From Pecten maximus (Eukaryota), in assembly GCF_902652985.1 (NCBI RefSeq), contig NC_047017.1, positions 17,980,001-18,044,000 of the forward strand: a stretch of 64,000 nucleotides of DNA, given 5' to 3'. Shown piece by piece: positions 49,389 through 63,203 of this stretch (within the stretch, counting starts at the first letter, position 1; each line of letters begins with the position of its first letter). The translations under genes and the position numbers were made by a program. Below the pieces are notes generated by a model. The model ran no database searches and was not told the DNA's origin. It saw nothing but the letters and a program-made list of their open reading frames with translations.

Positions 49389-49901
49389 AAGATATTTTTA
49401 CTTTAAAAAGTAACATCAATTGCATACTTGCAATTTTTCAAATGTGATATTTTTCAGAATTCATTTGTTTATTTTCTCATAACAAAAACAAAATTCAACC
49501 TTAAAAGCAATTATCTCAGCAAACTCAAATATCAACAACAAATTGAACTATAATGACAACAAGCGTAATAAACATGTGCTATAACATATGTAAAAGAAAT
49601 TAGCGAGAAGTCACATTCACATATACTAAAACATTAACTCAGCAGAGATGTCCAAAATTACCCTTGGTCTTGACAAAAGCAATTATTGTAATGACAGAAT
49701 TTTGAGTATAAAGAAGACATTTATCACCTACATGTATATGTATAACAATAACGGGACTTGTGCAAGTCTAAAAGACTTTTCTGCTGAAGCCAACACAGGC
49801 AAGATTTCTCTCTCTCTTTTGTAATTGCACACATCTGGTCACTGCTCCACAGTTCCAAGCTTTTATTCTCTCCGTGTCTCTATTATAGCATTGCGTTCAA
49901 A

Positions 49902-52900
49902 TTAATGTAGAAATCGTATACTCATTTTCTGCTCAACATCCATTCGTTCCATTGCCTGGAAATTACAAAATAACAATGTTTTATCATACATGGACATTGT
50001 AGGCATAATATGTGTCCAAGAGAAGCAAGATTAAAACAGCAAATCTTGCTCAATAAGCATATTGGATATTGCTAAAGTAATACAGTACATATACACTACA
50101 GGCCCAGCTAAAAAGTGACCTTTGACATTGACCCAAAATCCCTGAAACTCGAACTTGTCTGAGATATTACGATCCTTCATCATTGTGTAAACTTTGATCA
50201 AAATCATTCAAGGAATGAAGCAGCAAGAGCGCTGACAAACTTTGGTGTTAAATACATACAAGACGAATGAAGAGGAAACCTATAGTCCCCTCAGTTTCTC
50301 CACTAGTGAACTAATAATATGAACTTATTGGAGCTGATTAACATATTTTGCCTCAAAGGTACATTGTCATCAGATGAATTGCTGTGTTATCTGTTGGCTT
50401 TGTTCCTACGCCGCTGGGACAGAGGTGGCCGAGTGGTTAAGGTGTCCCGACACTTTATCACTAGCCCTCCACCTCTGGGTTACTAGTTCGAAACCCACGT
50501 GGGGCACTCACCTGGTACTGATAATAGGCCAGTGGTTTTTTCTCTGGGTACTCCGGCTTTCCTCCACCTCCAAAACCTGGCACGTCCTTAAATAACCCTG
50601 GCTGTTAAATGGACGTTCAACAAACTAAACCCAAAACCCATTCTACACTTCTTCTATACTATTGTATACTTAGTGTATCAAGGATGAATCATACAGCAAT
50701 TTTTCACACATCTACCTATGAGAGGGACATTATATCTCCACACTTCCCTCCCCCCTCTCCACCCCGCCATTACCATTACAAATGAGAATCCATACAAACA
50801 ATGATATTATATTTACCGTTACAAACAATGATATTATAATATTTACCGTTACAAACTCCTCAAAAGAGATCTGGTTATCTCCATCACTGTCAGCTTCACT
50901 GATGGTCTTGTCCGCTATACTGCCCAGCTGAAACACAAACAATTACTATACTACCCACTTATCTCAGACATAGACATTGCCTCTTAAACACCCAAAATCA
51001 ATTGTAGGACAGTCCGGTCTAAAGACTACACCCTCACACCAATAGATCACCGACAGTAGACGGTAATACGAAACCTAGCAACAGACTGATTTATGTAGGC
51101 ATCAAGCCAGCAACTGACTACATTTCATGCTCACTAAACCATACATATCAAACATTATATTTTGTATCATATTGCACCATAATAGCATATTTTGTTTCTG
51201 ATCAATAACATACTATTAATTTTATCAGACCACAGGGATTTCCATCTAGTAATTAACCTTTAGGGTAAAAATCCAATATCCTCAATATGTACTATATCTA
51301 TGTATAGTACATATCAGGGATATTGAATTTTAACTCTAGGTGTTAATTATACCAGATACAAGTTGCTATGATCAGACCTGTTTTGCTGGTCCATGTTTAA
51401 TCTAAGTACAATGTATATGAGTACTTTTATGCTATTGCTATATTTTGAGTATATATCAGTTAGATTTTGTATCAGATCTACATTTCCTTTGCCTGTTTTG
51501 GTGTGTAGATTTTGTATCAGATCTACATTTCCTTTGTCTGTTTTGCCCAAACCCTAACTCTATATCATCAGCTACGAGAATGTACCTGTTCCTCTGTGAT
51601 ATTGTCACCAACCATCATGTGAAGAACTGCTAAGAGTTCATCTCGTGAAATCTTGTCATCCCCATCCAGGTCATACATCTTGAAAGCAACTGAAAAGGAT
51701 GAAATTATGATGTTTATAAATATTTCCAGCATATTGACATCAAAGTTTCTCAGTGAAAATGTTTTGATGCGTTCTGAATACGTTTCAACAAGTAGATGTT
51801 AATCACGCTTTAATTTGATTTACTATTTTTGAGTACGTGAAAAAAAAATCATTTCTGATGTTGAAGGTCCCCAATTAACGTATTTATCCTCAAATTAACC
51901 CCCTCCCCTAGTGTAAAAGTTGATATTAAAGTTTGGGGAGGGCTTATTTGTAAACCAATTTTAGCTTACAACTGAAGAAAGGAGCACATTTGTGGGTAGG
52001 GGATTATTTGTGGACAAGCGTTTATTTGTGAACAGGGGATTTTTTTGTGGGCAGAGGCTCATAATGTTGGCAAGAGATTATTTGCAGATAAATACGATAC
52101 TGAACTGTCCAAGAAAACTTTAAAAAAAAAAAAAAAAAAATTCTAAGTTGAAACTTATACAATTGAATATAAAATCTATTAAATATAGATTTACAAGCAG
52201 TTATTTGAAAAAGTATATTAAAAGTATTAAAGAAGGTTAAGAATCATCTACTTCATCAACTACTGGATCAAATCTGGGTAATTCTCACATCCTCAAAATG
52301 AGAACCAGATCAAGTTGTGACCATTGTTTTTTGTTGTAATATACTGTACCAGTAGTTAGATCACCAGAAAACTTTTGACAGTAAACATTTCTGTGTCAGT
52401 CCGACGGGGAGTGTTACTTACATTTCAGCTTTTCTTCTCTGGTATTCAATTTGTTTTTGGTCTGGTTTGATTTCGTTGGTCTAAACCTTGCCAGTACTCT
52501 CATAAACTGTCTAAAGTTCACTGTCTCATCGTTACTAAAATAAACAAATATAACATTATTAAATATCAAGTAAGATTAATTCTTGTATCTCTTTATTACT
52601 AGTAATAACTGCAACTGTGTTGTGAAAAGAGTTTAGATATTCAGGATATAATTTTTGCAGCAATAACAAACCCATGCTTTGTCTTTTGTTCAAATGTACT
52701 TAAATAACACAAATTAATTTGTGACTGACTATATATTCAATTGATTCATAAAAAGGTTCCTACACTGTAAATACTTATCATTTATCATGAATAAAGAGAG
52801 TTATCACATTTTTGATAAATTCTTATTCAAATGGGAGTAAATCAAGACATTTGTATGGTTTGTTTACATTAATCTAGTGTTCTTAAACTGATTTTAGTTA

Positions 52901-55900
52901 ACAGTCTGAAACCTTTTTCTTTTTCTGTAGTTTGGTTTACCTTTCCTGGAAAAATGCATGTACAATCCGGTCCCCAAGTGGATTTATTGCAAGTTCTGGA
53001 ATGCGAAGAAAATCTTCTCGACTGGAAAAAGAGGGGAGATCAGGTCAATTTAGTAAACCATAACTCACAGTAAATAGCAAATGTAACTATAATACAGATA
53101 CTGTATACAATTTATACATGTAGTTGTTAAATTTGACAGGGCTTATATTTCGTAGTTGTCCTAGTAGTATATAGTCGAACCTTATGGGAATATTCATGGA
53201 TATTAAATTTCAGGCAATCATGCCTAATAAGCATTTTGCAGTAAACATTTCTAAACATTTGTTTATATACATGTATATAGATTAAGATATTGGCTGAGTA
53301 TATTGTTAGTGCTGGTATCTAGAGATTACTAATGAAGCGAAATTAAACCCCCTGTGAATATTTCCAAGTGTACACTACTTATACCAATACTGAATAGTTA
53401 CATCATTTCATCATCAACAGACAAAATGTATGACAAACATTATGTATTGAATGAGTGATATCACCGTGACTGGCGGGTATAGATATGGCATACTGTGTGA
53501 ATAGTCAGGATATGCACAAATGTAAGAAGTTACATCAAATAATGGCAGGTTTTACTCAGGCCTTTTTCTCACTGGTTTGGGAAGGGTCTTTTTTGTTTCA
53601 TTTTTGGTAGAAAATTGATGAATTGGGAAAGATTTTTTTCAGGAGCAAATGACAAATTTTGGAAATTTAGCTTAAATATGAAATAATTTCAATTGGGAAT
53701 GGGACCTATTAACGACCCCAGAAAGCCCTCAGAAGAAGCCCTGTTACGGCAAACTTTGGAATGACAACACATTTCATTAAATGTGACATTGACCTTTTGC
53801 GTGGTTGACAAAGCCATTGTTAACATGATAAGCATCAGAACTGTCTTAATCTGTACATTTCATTTTCTGCATAAAATGTCTGTATCTTGAAATCAGACAA
53901 ATTAAACTTCCAGCTAATGACACTGACCCTGGCATACAGAAATGTTTGTGTGGTATATTGTGTAATGTAGTCAGCAACTATGGAACAGGCAAATCGATAA
54001 ATACATATACAGTCACACCGGTCTGTAACGCCAATGCAAGAGGTTTGACAGAAATAGTCACTACAGACTGGTTACCTTTATAGACATATTTTCGCTCCAA
54101 CCATTTGACAACTACTACGACTGTATATATAAATTTCAAGGTATTTTTTAAGCACTTAATTACCTTAAAACTCCATTGCTGCTCTTGTCTAGACTTGTGA
54201 ATCGGCTGTAAAGACGTACAATTTGATTGTGTGAAACTGGAAAAAAAGTGATTGAAATTTGTAATTTCCAAGAATTAAGCAAAATATGGTACATTTGTAT
54301 ATGAAATAATGAATTGTGGACAATTCTACTAAAACAGTATTTTTCCAATACCTAAAAGTTAAAAAAAAAAAATCATCTACCAACATGAAGTAAACTAATT
54401 AATATGTATGTGTAATGTATAATAATGTATATGTTTAAATTTATTATACATGTTATATAATAGAACAATATTTTCATATTAGACATGTGATAAAAAACGT
54501 CATCTCAATTCCTGCAATGCCACTGAGTTTATTATTTTCTCATTTTAATAAGAATTTGGCATTTACAGCTTATTGTTGGATATTGCATGGCTTATCTTTA
54601 AGGTTTTTTTTCGCTGCAGGCCAATAATATAATATTGATTTTTATTTTTTGAAGGAAAGTTTCAATTGATTTAAATTAATGCAACTACATAATAATACAT
54701 CTACAAAATATCATTTCATTTAAAAACAAATGTCCATTCATAATCACATGTAATTATATTTGTCATGTGATATGAAAAGCTTTGTAGTTGGTATATATAT
54801 ATTGTTATTGGAGAGGTTGTTACAACAACCAAATCTAGACCAGGACTCAAACCCATGGAGGATCTCTGAACTCTAGACGGATTCTCTAACATTTTGAGAT
54901 ACCAGGCCAACAGCATTCAGCCCAGTCCACTACAGAATTAAATATATTGTACAAATCTACAAACCATACAAACAGTACATGTACAATATATACTGTAGGG
55001 ATGTACTGACAACACGAAGTACTGTACGGTAAAAGCCGAAAAGTGTTGAAAAGTACCAGATTAGCTGCCAAAAACGATTTGAAAAATGTTGGAAAGTAAT
55101 TGAATTAGATTTCTTATGGTATGTTACATTTCAAACCCTAAACATGTATGGCTTACATTCCACAGGCGTCTGCACAGTTTATATTGATAGAAACAGTATC
55201 TTTATGATATTATCTTCAACTTGTTTAAACTAGTAGTGCACTACGTCCAGTCACGTGTGACCACAAATCCCCCTATACAGGTAATGGACAGTGCCACTGG
55301 ACACCTGTATTAGATACCTGTAGTTTTTACATATAAAGAGCTGTGTAAATTGACTGCCTTATATCTGTCATCCTTACTTTACCAGGCATATTTAAATGTT
55401 GATAAAATTTTATCTAAAATTAACTCAAAATAAAATTTGCTGCTGTTCTTAAATGATATATTGCACAAGAGGAATTAAAACTCTATCAATTGGGTTTGCA
55501 GTGTTTTTTTTTATCATTATTTCATTATAGCAGGAACATATAATAAGATTATTATATGTCCCTGATTATAGTGTAAAATTAAGGTTTATCTTCATGATTT
55601 CAAATTTTTTATGCTTTTCATTTATTTTTTTAGATGTAATTATAAACATTTTATATTAATTATTAATTCTACCTTAGGCCTTGATGACAGTTTCTTGATT
55701 TTTTTTCTCAAGTACACTGTATATGTACATATATTTTAATATTTATTATATCATCAGAGAAAAATATTTTCAAATTCAATTTATTGTTATATTTAGCTCA
55801 CTAATATCTGTTACTTCAACCATGAAATCATTTCATAATACATAATCAAAAATCAGAAGTTTCTTATATTCTCATTTATGTTCTGTAAGAGACAATATTT

Positions 55901-58020
55901 ACACAACAGTTGAGTGTAAGCTAACCTGTACACCCTAGTGCACTCCTAGTGCACTACGTTTAAACTAGTAGTGCACTACGTCCAGTCAGTTGTGACCACA
56001 AATCCCCCTATACAGGTAATGGACAGTGCCACTGGACACCTGTATTAGATACCTGTAGTTTTTACATATAAAGAGCTGTGTAAATTGACTGCCTTATATC
56101 TGTCATCCTTACTTTACCAGGCATATTTAAATGTTGATAAAGTTTTATCTAAAATTAACTCAAAATAAAATTTGCTGCTGTTCTTAAATGATATATTGCA
56201 CAAGAGGAATTAAAACTCTATCAATTGGGTTTGCACTGTATGTATAATTGTACCAATTATACATACAGGTACATGTACATAACTTGTGCAGGACATGCCT
56301 GTTGTCATGGCCACCTGGCCCCCAGGGCCCAAACCCTACCTCACCATCACCTTATGGACCTCCATAACACCTCTACCTATACATGTATATATGTATCAGA
56401 TGAGGATCCAGGTAACCTGTTTTAACACACTTGGCTATTGAGTTTTGTCAAGTCCCCAAATACCCCCAGGGGTCCATTTATAGCATGCTGTAAGCTAGCT
56501 GTAGCAGGCTCCTCTACCTTACCTACCTGTAATCAGCATCTAACACTACCCATATATAATGTCTACCTGTGGATGTTTTTTTGTTTGTTTTTTTAAATAG
56601 AGTTTTTTTATGCAAATCATCAAAAAATAATTGATTTTTATATACATTTTTCTTCACAATAAAGATATTCAATGAATATAGTTTATATGCTGATTTTCTT
56701 TAATTACAAGAAGAGGTAAAATCCCCACCAGTTATACATTTTAAGGTAAAAATTATTTAATCATTTTCTTAATGCAATAGGGAAACACTTAAATGCTGAT
56801 CAAAATGTATCCCAAAATTTTGTTTTTAAACAATATTGCAAAAAAACATGTTAGCGTGAACTGTAGAAAAAAAACCCTTTGGCTTAAGGTCCACATGTGT
56901 TTATAGAAGAAAATTATGAAATTATGAACTATTATGATCACTTAGTTACCAATATATTCAAAGAATCTCTTTCTTTACATGTTAAATCAAGGATTTAATA
57001 ATTTCTTAAATGTGTTAAGGTTTCTGACTTTAAGCATTGGATTTATACACATATTATGAACAACATATATCATGCCATAATGGGCTAAATTAGATTTTAA
57101 TAAGCATGATATCACATCGAAAATAAAATTATGAATATGCCGCTTAATTTAATCTGAAATTAATCTTCAATATTAATTAAATGTATCAAATTGAAAATGT
57201 TCCAAGTAACGATGATTGTTTTCAAATGTTTTATTATATACTTTCATGTGATGAAAAAAAAGGGAATTAAATATGTGAAATATATAACTGATCAATCGGT
57301 ACAAAATATAATTATAAAGGACCAAAAGATAAATGAAACTTGGCTTTAACAATTTAACTAATAGTTAAAGGATTTATAAAGTAAATTTGTCTTAACTTAG
57401 TTACAGTGTATAATTAACAAGAATAGAAAGGTTGAAATATAACATCAAACTAAGCTTCCAAAACCTTTTAAATAACTCTTTGAATATAGCTGTTAGATAG
57501 TCTTATATATACAGTACAGGTAAAAATCACAGGTAGCCTTGGGTATTGCCCATTACCTGTATGGGGGTTTTGCCGTTCATCACCCCTTTGGGTGTAGTGC
57601 ACTACTAGTTTACCTGTAGTTTAAATGTAGTGCACTACTAGTTTACCTGTAGTTTAAATGTAGTGCACTACTAGTTTACCGGTAGTGCACTAACAGTTAG
57701 GTGTAAAGGTTAGCTTACACTCAACTGTAAATATATATTAGCCCCTACTCTAGTCTAGTGGAGTATGTGCTAATATTACTTAACCATCAATGCTAGCTAG
57801 ATCTATGCAGACGCCTGATCGTACTTTATTGTAGTAGGGCCTATACTGTACAGTAACGGTTTGCATGGGTGTGGGTAGATCTACAGTATTGTATGTACAG
57901 TATCAGAGGCGCTTAGCCTATCGACATATACGAGACCAAGCATATTTACTTACATCCAGTCTCGTTTTGTATTTCATTAAGCTCATTTTCTTGTAGTTGA
58001 ATGGAAGCCCGAGTCCCCAT
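49902..58020 (-). CDS. CHP1: Calcineurin B homologous protein (EF-hand, N-myristoylation Gly2), 7 coding exons
   Basis: Exons 58020-57954 (MGTRASIQLQENELNEIQNETG), 54236-54164 (FSHNQIVRLYSRFTSLDK), 53021-52941 (REDFLRIPELAINPLGDRIVHAFF), 52534-52422, 51689-51586 (FAFKMYDLDGDDKISRDELL), 50927-50847 (LGSIADKTISEADSDGDNQISFEEF), 49955-49902 (DVEQKMSIRFLH*). Confidence 0.95.
50416..50635 (+). mobile_element. tRNA-derived SINE
   Basis: A-box TGGCCGAGTGG, B-box GTTCGAAAC, central GGGTACTCCGGCTTTCCTCC (resembles a V-type SINE domain), A-rich tail. Tail-like fragments at about 36135 and 46340. Confidence 0.8.
55907..57727. mobile_element. About 1.8-kb non-autonomous TIR element in CHP1 intron 1
   Basis: TIR CAGTTGAGTGTAAGCTAACCT(G/T)TACACC with subterminal TAGTGCACTA palindromes at both ends. 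An internal segment 55958-56235 is duplicated at 55223-55500. Confidence 0.75.
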
Positions 58021-58152
58021 AATGTATGTTGTGTTTGATCATAAGCGAATTCGCTGAAACGTAAGGCTACAACCAGATGGTGTGCGGACGTCAGGACATC
58101 GATTGCCTTCCTGTGTTGTCAAACACGAAAAGGTGAAGGTCACAAAGTAAGT
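58021..58152. promoter_or_regulatory. CHP1/NDUFAF1 bidirectional promoter with putative NDUFAF1 non-coding exon (donor GTAAGT at 58147, acceptor at 59833)
   Basis: CpG-richer stretch between the CHP1 ATG and a plus-strand donor. The NDUFAF1 ATG is preceded by an acceptor (ttctttTACAG). Confidence 0.55.
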
Positions 58153-59844
58153 CAAAGACATGATGTAGCAGGCAAAAATTAATTCATATATAAATAAAAC
58201 AAAAATATTTTGTAGTTGATATTTCATGCAAAAATCATTATATTTTTGGGATGTCATATCGGAGTGATACGAACTGTATTTCATAAAGAGTAAACTTTAT
58301 ATGTTTCCATCATTATAAAATTATTCCCGAGGTTATCACAGTGACTCCCACGCATGGCATGCTATACTCGTTATTTGGTAAACGCCGTGTCAGTTATGTA
58401 GGTGAGAAATAGAGGTATGTATGATATTTAACTGTTACATAACAAATGTCATAATAACACGAGCTTATAAACAATTAGATTTGCACCAAGTCCGTTTCTA
58501 CATTCACACATGATTTGCAGTAATATAGCTAGCATAAAAATATTTAAGCTTACATAGATTCTACTTAGAATAATAATTCTAACTACTTTCAATGTCACCG
58601 TAGTTAAATGGCTATGTCTATGATAATATTTCCTATAATTAATTTGGTCCTGAATGGCACATTTTCATGATTACAATATTAGACATGTAACAATGACTGA
58701 AGAGAAAGGATGTGAATTCAGGGCCTTTTCTGTGGGCTTTTGGGGCTGTTAATGGGCCCCATTCTCAAATTAATTATTTCATATTTATAATAATTTAAGC
58801 CAAATTTTGCAGTTTACTCATGAAAAAATATCTTTCCCAATCCACCAATTTTCTTCCCACAATGAGACAAAACGCCCTTTCCTAAACCAATGAGAAAAAG
58901 GCCTGGAATTTCACATACACATGGAATAAATCTTCCAACATAGTCTTTAAAAAATATTAATCTGCATAAAGGTGAGCAATACAGGACCAATGTGGCCATA
59001 TATTTCAGTTTAATTTCACTGTTGGTATCTCCAGTAGCAGTTGCAGCCACCTCCACACTGCCATAGTTTCCCAACAATTCCATAATCTTCTCTCCAGGAG
59101 TCCCTCCCAACTTCCCCATTTTATGATTACCTCCCCTTATTGACTTCTTACATTTCCAATTACCTTACCACCCCCACCCCCCTACACTTCCACTAATCAC
59201 TGTCGCCTTCCTTCTAAAATTCTCCTTATTTCCACTTGTTTTCAAACCTTTCAGTTGCATCCTCTCCCTTTTCACCTGTTTATATTCACAGTTATCTCCG
59301 CTCTCGTCTCAACTCCACGTTGCTTGCAGTAATACAATCATTCCACAATCATCCCTTACCTCATCATCCCCTCTTATGTTATCATTTCCTCCTCTTTCCT
59401 CTTCCCTTGTTCTCTCAACTTCCACACACTTCCAGATACGATGCATCCCTCTGTTCTCATCTCCCCTTGCTTCTCATGATCACTTTGCTCACACTTCCCA
59501 TAACCCTCTGCCTCCCTTCCCGAACTCTTGTGTTTTTAGAAACCATGTTTTACAGCATCCCCTCCTCTCTCCCATCTCAACTTCACATTTGAAACAGTTT
59601 CCTTCCCCACTGGATTAAGTATGCATGTTTCAGAATTCCAAATCAAGGGTACAAATTAAAGGTCTCTTCATGACTTTTTTCCAAACTGAAATATGAAAAC
59701 AACGGCCATATAGGCCAACTTGGCTATCAATATGAGTCTTTATTCATTTTAGTGACATCACAAACCAAAGCTAGAGATCTAGTGTAACTAGTATAATAAG
59801 GCTAGTATAATAATTTAACTGTTTCTTTTACAGACTTTAACACC

Positions 59845-60539
59845 ATGGCTGCCCTCAAAGTGGCAAAAAGCTTTCAGCAATTTCTTCAGCCAAAATATCA
59901 CCCCCTTGTGATTCAAACTGCCACAGTTGTTAACTTGTTTGATGTTGACAAAAAGAGTGGTTACAGCAATGATTTGAAAGAAAATAAAAAGAAGCATTTA
60001 ATTGACACAATTAAGTCCTTCCCAGATGAATTAAAGCTATATAAAGAGGAATGGAAAGATCACTTAAGGTTTCGTCACTACGACAGGTGGAATCTTGACC
60101 ACGGTACGTACGATTACTTGTGGAAGTTTGGTGGACAGCAGAGTATTGCTGACTGGACATTAACAACAGACAGGGATAATCTAGAGGGACAGAGTACAGC
60201 TAACCTGACTGTCAGTAAGGCAAATAATGCTTTGTTTCACGGATACCTTTCACAGGAAGTACCCAAGGACGGTATCTCAAAGAGTGCTGGCTATTGCAAC
60301 ATGAGGTCTCCTTCTAAATATGTAAGTATTGTAAAGTTGTCATTCTCTCATGTTGTGCCAGGCAATAAGCCAAGTTTGTAGTAACAAGTCCACAAATGTT
60401 TATTGTCGTTCTGTATAGATGGTAAGAAGTGCTCTTTATATATACCAGATACATGTTACATTGTATATTGATCTGTTTGTACATTATACAATAATTAGTC
60501 CTCTGCCGTTTGAAAAACGGGGGGACTATAGGTTTACCA

Positions 60540-60572
<33 letters not shown>

Positions 60573-62743
60573 CACGCAATAGTTGTCCGGACAACTCCTC
60601 CTAAAGTACTACTCTGATTTTAACAAAACTTGGTATACATGATCAGTATAACATGAAGTTGTGCATCCCTTATTTGTTTTGTTTTTTTTCGAAAAAAACA
60701 TTTAAAAAAAAAAAATGGGAAATGAATAGGTGCACTTCTAGCTCAGGCAGGGGACTTTGTATTGCTGTTGGAATACTATCCATCCTTGTTATTAATATCT
60801 CTTGGTAGATTTGAATATTCTGCAGCTGTCACATGTACTGTTATTGACAATTACCAGTGCTGCAGATATTTGCAGATGATTAATTAGAAGTTACACAGAA
60901 TTCATGTTGATACTAGGTCTCCCGAGTTGTGAATGTGTGTACTTGTTGTTTAGATCAAGCTGTATATGGTACAAATGACAAAGGAGTGTTTTTGCTAACC
61001 TCATTTTGCTAATATTCCCCTTGGTAAGTCATCTGACCCGAGGGGTCAAGATGACCTATGACCATTGTGTTTTGTTCATTTTCATCTACTGTGCATAAAC
61101 TTTTAACATTTCAAACTTATACTTATGTTCCACCAGTGGATTCACAGATTAAGCTGTAACTTGCCTGAAATGATCCTGAGATGGTCCAGATCAAGTATTG
61201 TTATCATTTGGGTTGGTCAGAGATGGAGATGGCCACCTTGTCTAACATACAGTAGTACACAATTGTTCTGGGTACCAATATACTGCTACTGAGTATGTAA
61301 TCTTAGCAGTACTGGGTCTTTAAAGTCATGATTGTTAAGGTCCTTGGGCCTCTTGCAAAATTTCATAATTTTTTTCATTATTTTATGAAATCTTCATTCA
61401 CAGATATCATTCAAGAGAAAACGAGCTATCGAAGATATAGGAATATACAGTCACCTAGTGTTGCGTGTACGAGGGGACGGAAGACCATACTATATCAACC
61501 TTCATATGAAACGGACATTTGATATAATGTGGTCTGACCAGTTCAACTACACATTATATACTAGAGGAGGACCCTACTGGCAGATAGCTAAGGTAAATAT
61601 TATAGTTCTAGAGGGGGACCCTACTGGCAGATAGCTAAGGTAAATATTATAGTTCTAGAGGAGGACCCTACTGGCAGATAGCTAAGGTAAATATTATAGT
61701 TCTAGAGGAGGACCCTACTGGCAGATAGCTAAGGTAAATATTATAGTTCTAGAGGAGGACCCTACTGGCAGATAGCTAAGGTAAATATTATAGTTCTAGA
61801 GGGCAACTCTCCTGTCAGTAAGGCAAGGTAGATTGTAACTATTATATACTAGAGTATAACCCTTCTTACAGATAGCCCAGGTAAATATTATAGATTTAGA
61901 GGGCAACTCTACTGTCAGTAAGACAAGGTACATTGTAACTATTATATACTAGAGGGGGACTCTACTGTCAGAAAGACAAGGTAGATTGTAACTATCATAT
62001 ACTAGAGTATAACCCTTCTTACAGATAGCCCAGGTAAATATTATAGATTTAGAGGGCAACTCTACTGTCAGTAAGACAAGGTACATTGTAACTATTATAT
62101 ACTAGAGGGGGACTCTACTGTCAGAAAGACAAGGTAGATTGTAACTATTATATACTAGAGTATAACCCTTCTTACAGATAGCCCAGGTAAATATTATAGA
62201 TTTAGAGGGCAACTCTCCTGTCAGTAAGGCAAGGTACATTGTAACTATTATACACTAGAGGGGGACTCTACTGTCAGGCAAGGTACAATGTAACTATTAC
62301 AGGTATACACTAGATCTGTAACTATTACAGGTATACACTAGATCTGTAACTATTACAGGTATACACTAGATCTGTAACTATTACAGGTATACACTAGATC
62401 TTTAGCTTTAGTTCATCGTAACTTCTATATATTAATGGCAGACAGCGGAGATTGAAAATCCATGAAATTGATAATACACTGTAAGTTCAACATAGAAAAC
62501 CAAGGTAACATTATTTTTTGTTTATTATTGCAGATTCCATTCTCCAAATTTTACTTCACCCATAAAGGCCGTAACCAGGATCACCAGTATCCCCCCGACC
62601 TTCACAACATAGAAAACATCGGAATCACCATGGCTGACAGTGTGGAAGGGCCATTCCAGCTGGAGATAGACTATATAGCTGTTTTAAATGATGCAAATCA
62701 CCAAGAGGAAACTGCTTATGAGCAATACCCTGATACCTTCTGA
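59845..62743 (+). CDS. NDUFAF1: Complex I intermediate-associated protein 30 (CIA30), 3 coding exons
   Basis: Exons 59845-60321 (WTLTTDRDNLEGQS...VPKDG...AGYCNMRS), 61404-61592 (HLVLRVRGDGRPY...LYTRGGPYWQIAK), 62534-62743 (IPFSKFY...ADSVEGPFQLEIDYI...stop). Confidence 0.95.
60494..60792 (+). mobile_element. HINE/DINE-1-like (Helentron-associated) element
   Basis: TTAGTCC...GGGGACTA short inverted repeat followed by a (GTCY)n microsatellite. Related fragments at about 50100-50315 (reverse), 21590-21790 and 61020-61240. Confidence 0.65.
61561..62400 (+). repeat. Compound array seeded at the NDUFAF1 exon-2 donor: 5 x 47 bp, then a 153-bp higher-order repeat, then 4 x 28 bp
   Basis: Unit CTAGAGGAGGACCCTACTGGCAGATAGCTAAG|GTAAATATTATAGTT. 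TAGAGTATAAC recurs at about 61850, 62003 and 62156. Confidence 0.92.
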
Positions 62744-63203
62744 ATTTATTTTGATGTTTTAACAATGTCGGGGCATCCAGTAGACCCTTCAGAGTATGTT
62801 TTTGACTCCGAAAATGAGATTTGAATCTTGTGATTGAACAGACATGTCTAAATGACATATGTTTCAACCCTTCAGAATTCTGAGAAATTGTGATTCGACT
62901 TCTAAAATTGCTAAAAATCTGCATGTAGTTTGATAATGTCTAGGTCACGGATGGAACTGTTTCTGCTGGCATCAAAGTTTTAGAAGATGTACAAGTGGTG
63001 GTGACCTATAAACTTTGTGATCATTAAATGCCAATTACATATATGTGAAATCAATTTATAACGTGATTGATGTGTTATGTAGTGGAATAAACCATTAACA
63101 GGAATCAGTTTGATGAGTTTTTGTTGTGACAACAAACAACTGTCTGTTACAAAACAATGCAAATCCATTGATAGAGCTTTAACAGAGTGTATTAGGTAAG
63201 TGT

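Noticed and set aside
59100-59620. ORFs 59236-59592 and 59376-59618
   Set aside because: Low-complexity pyrimidine-rich intronic tract with no recognisable domain.
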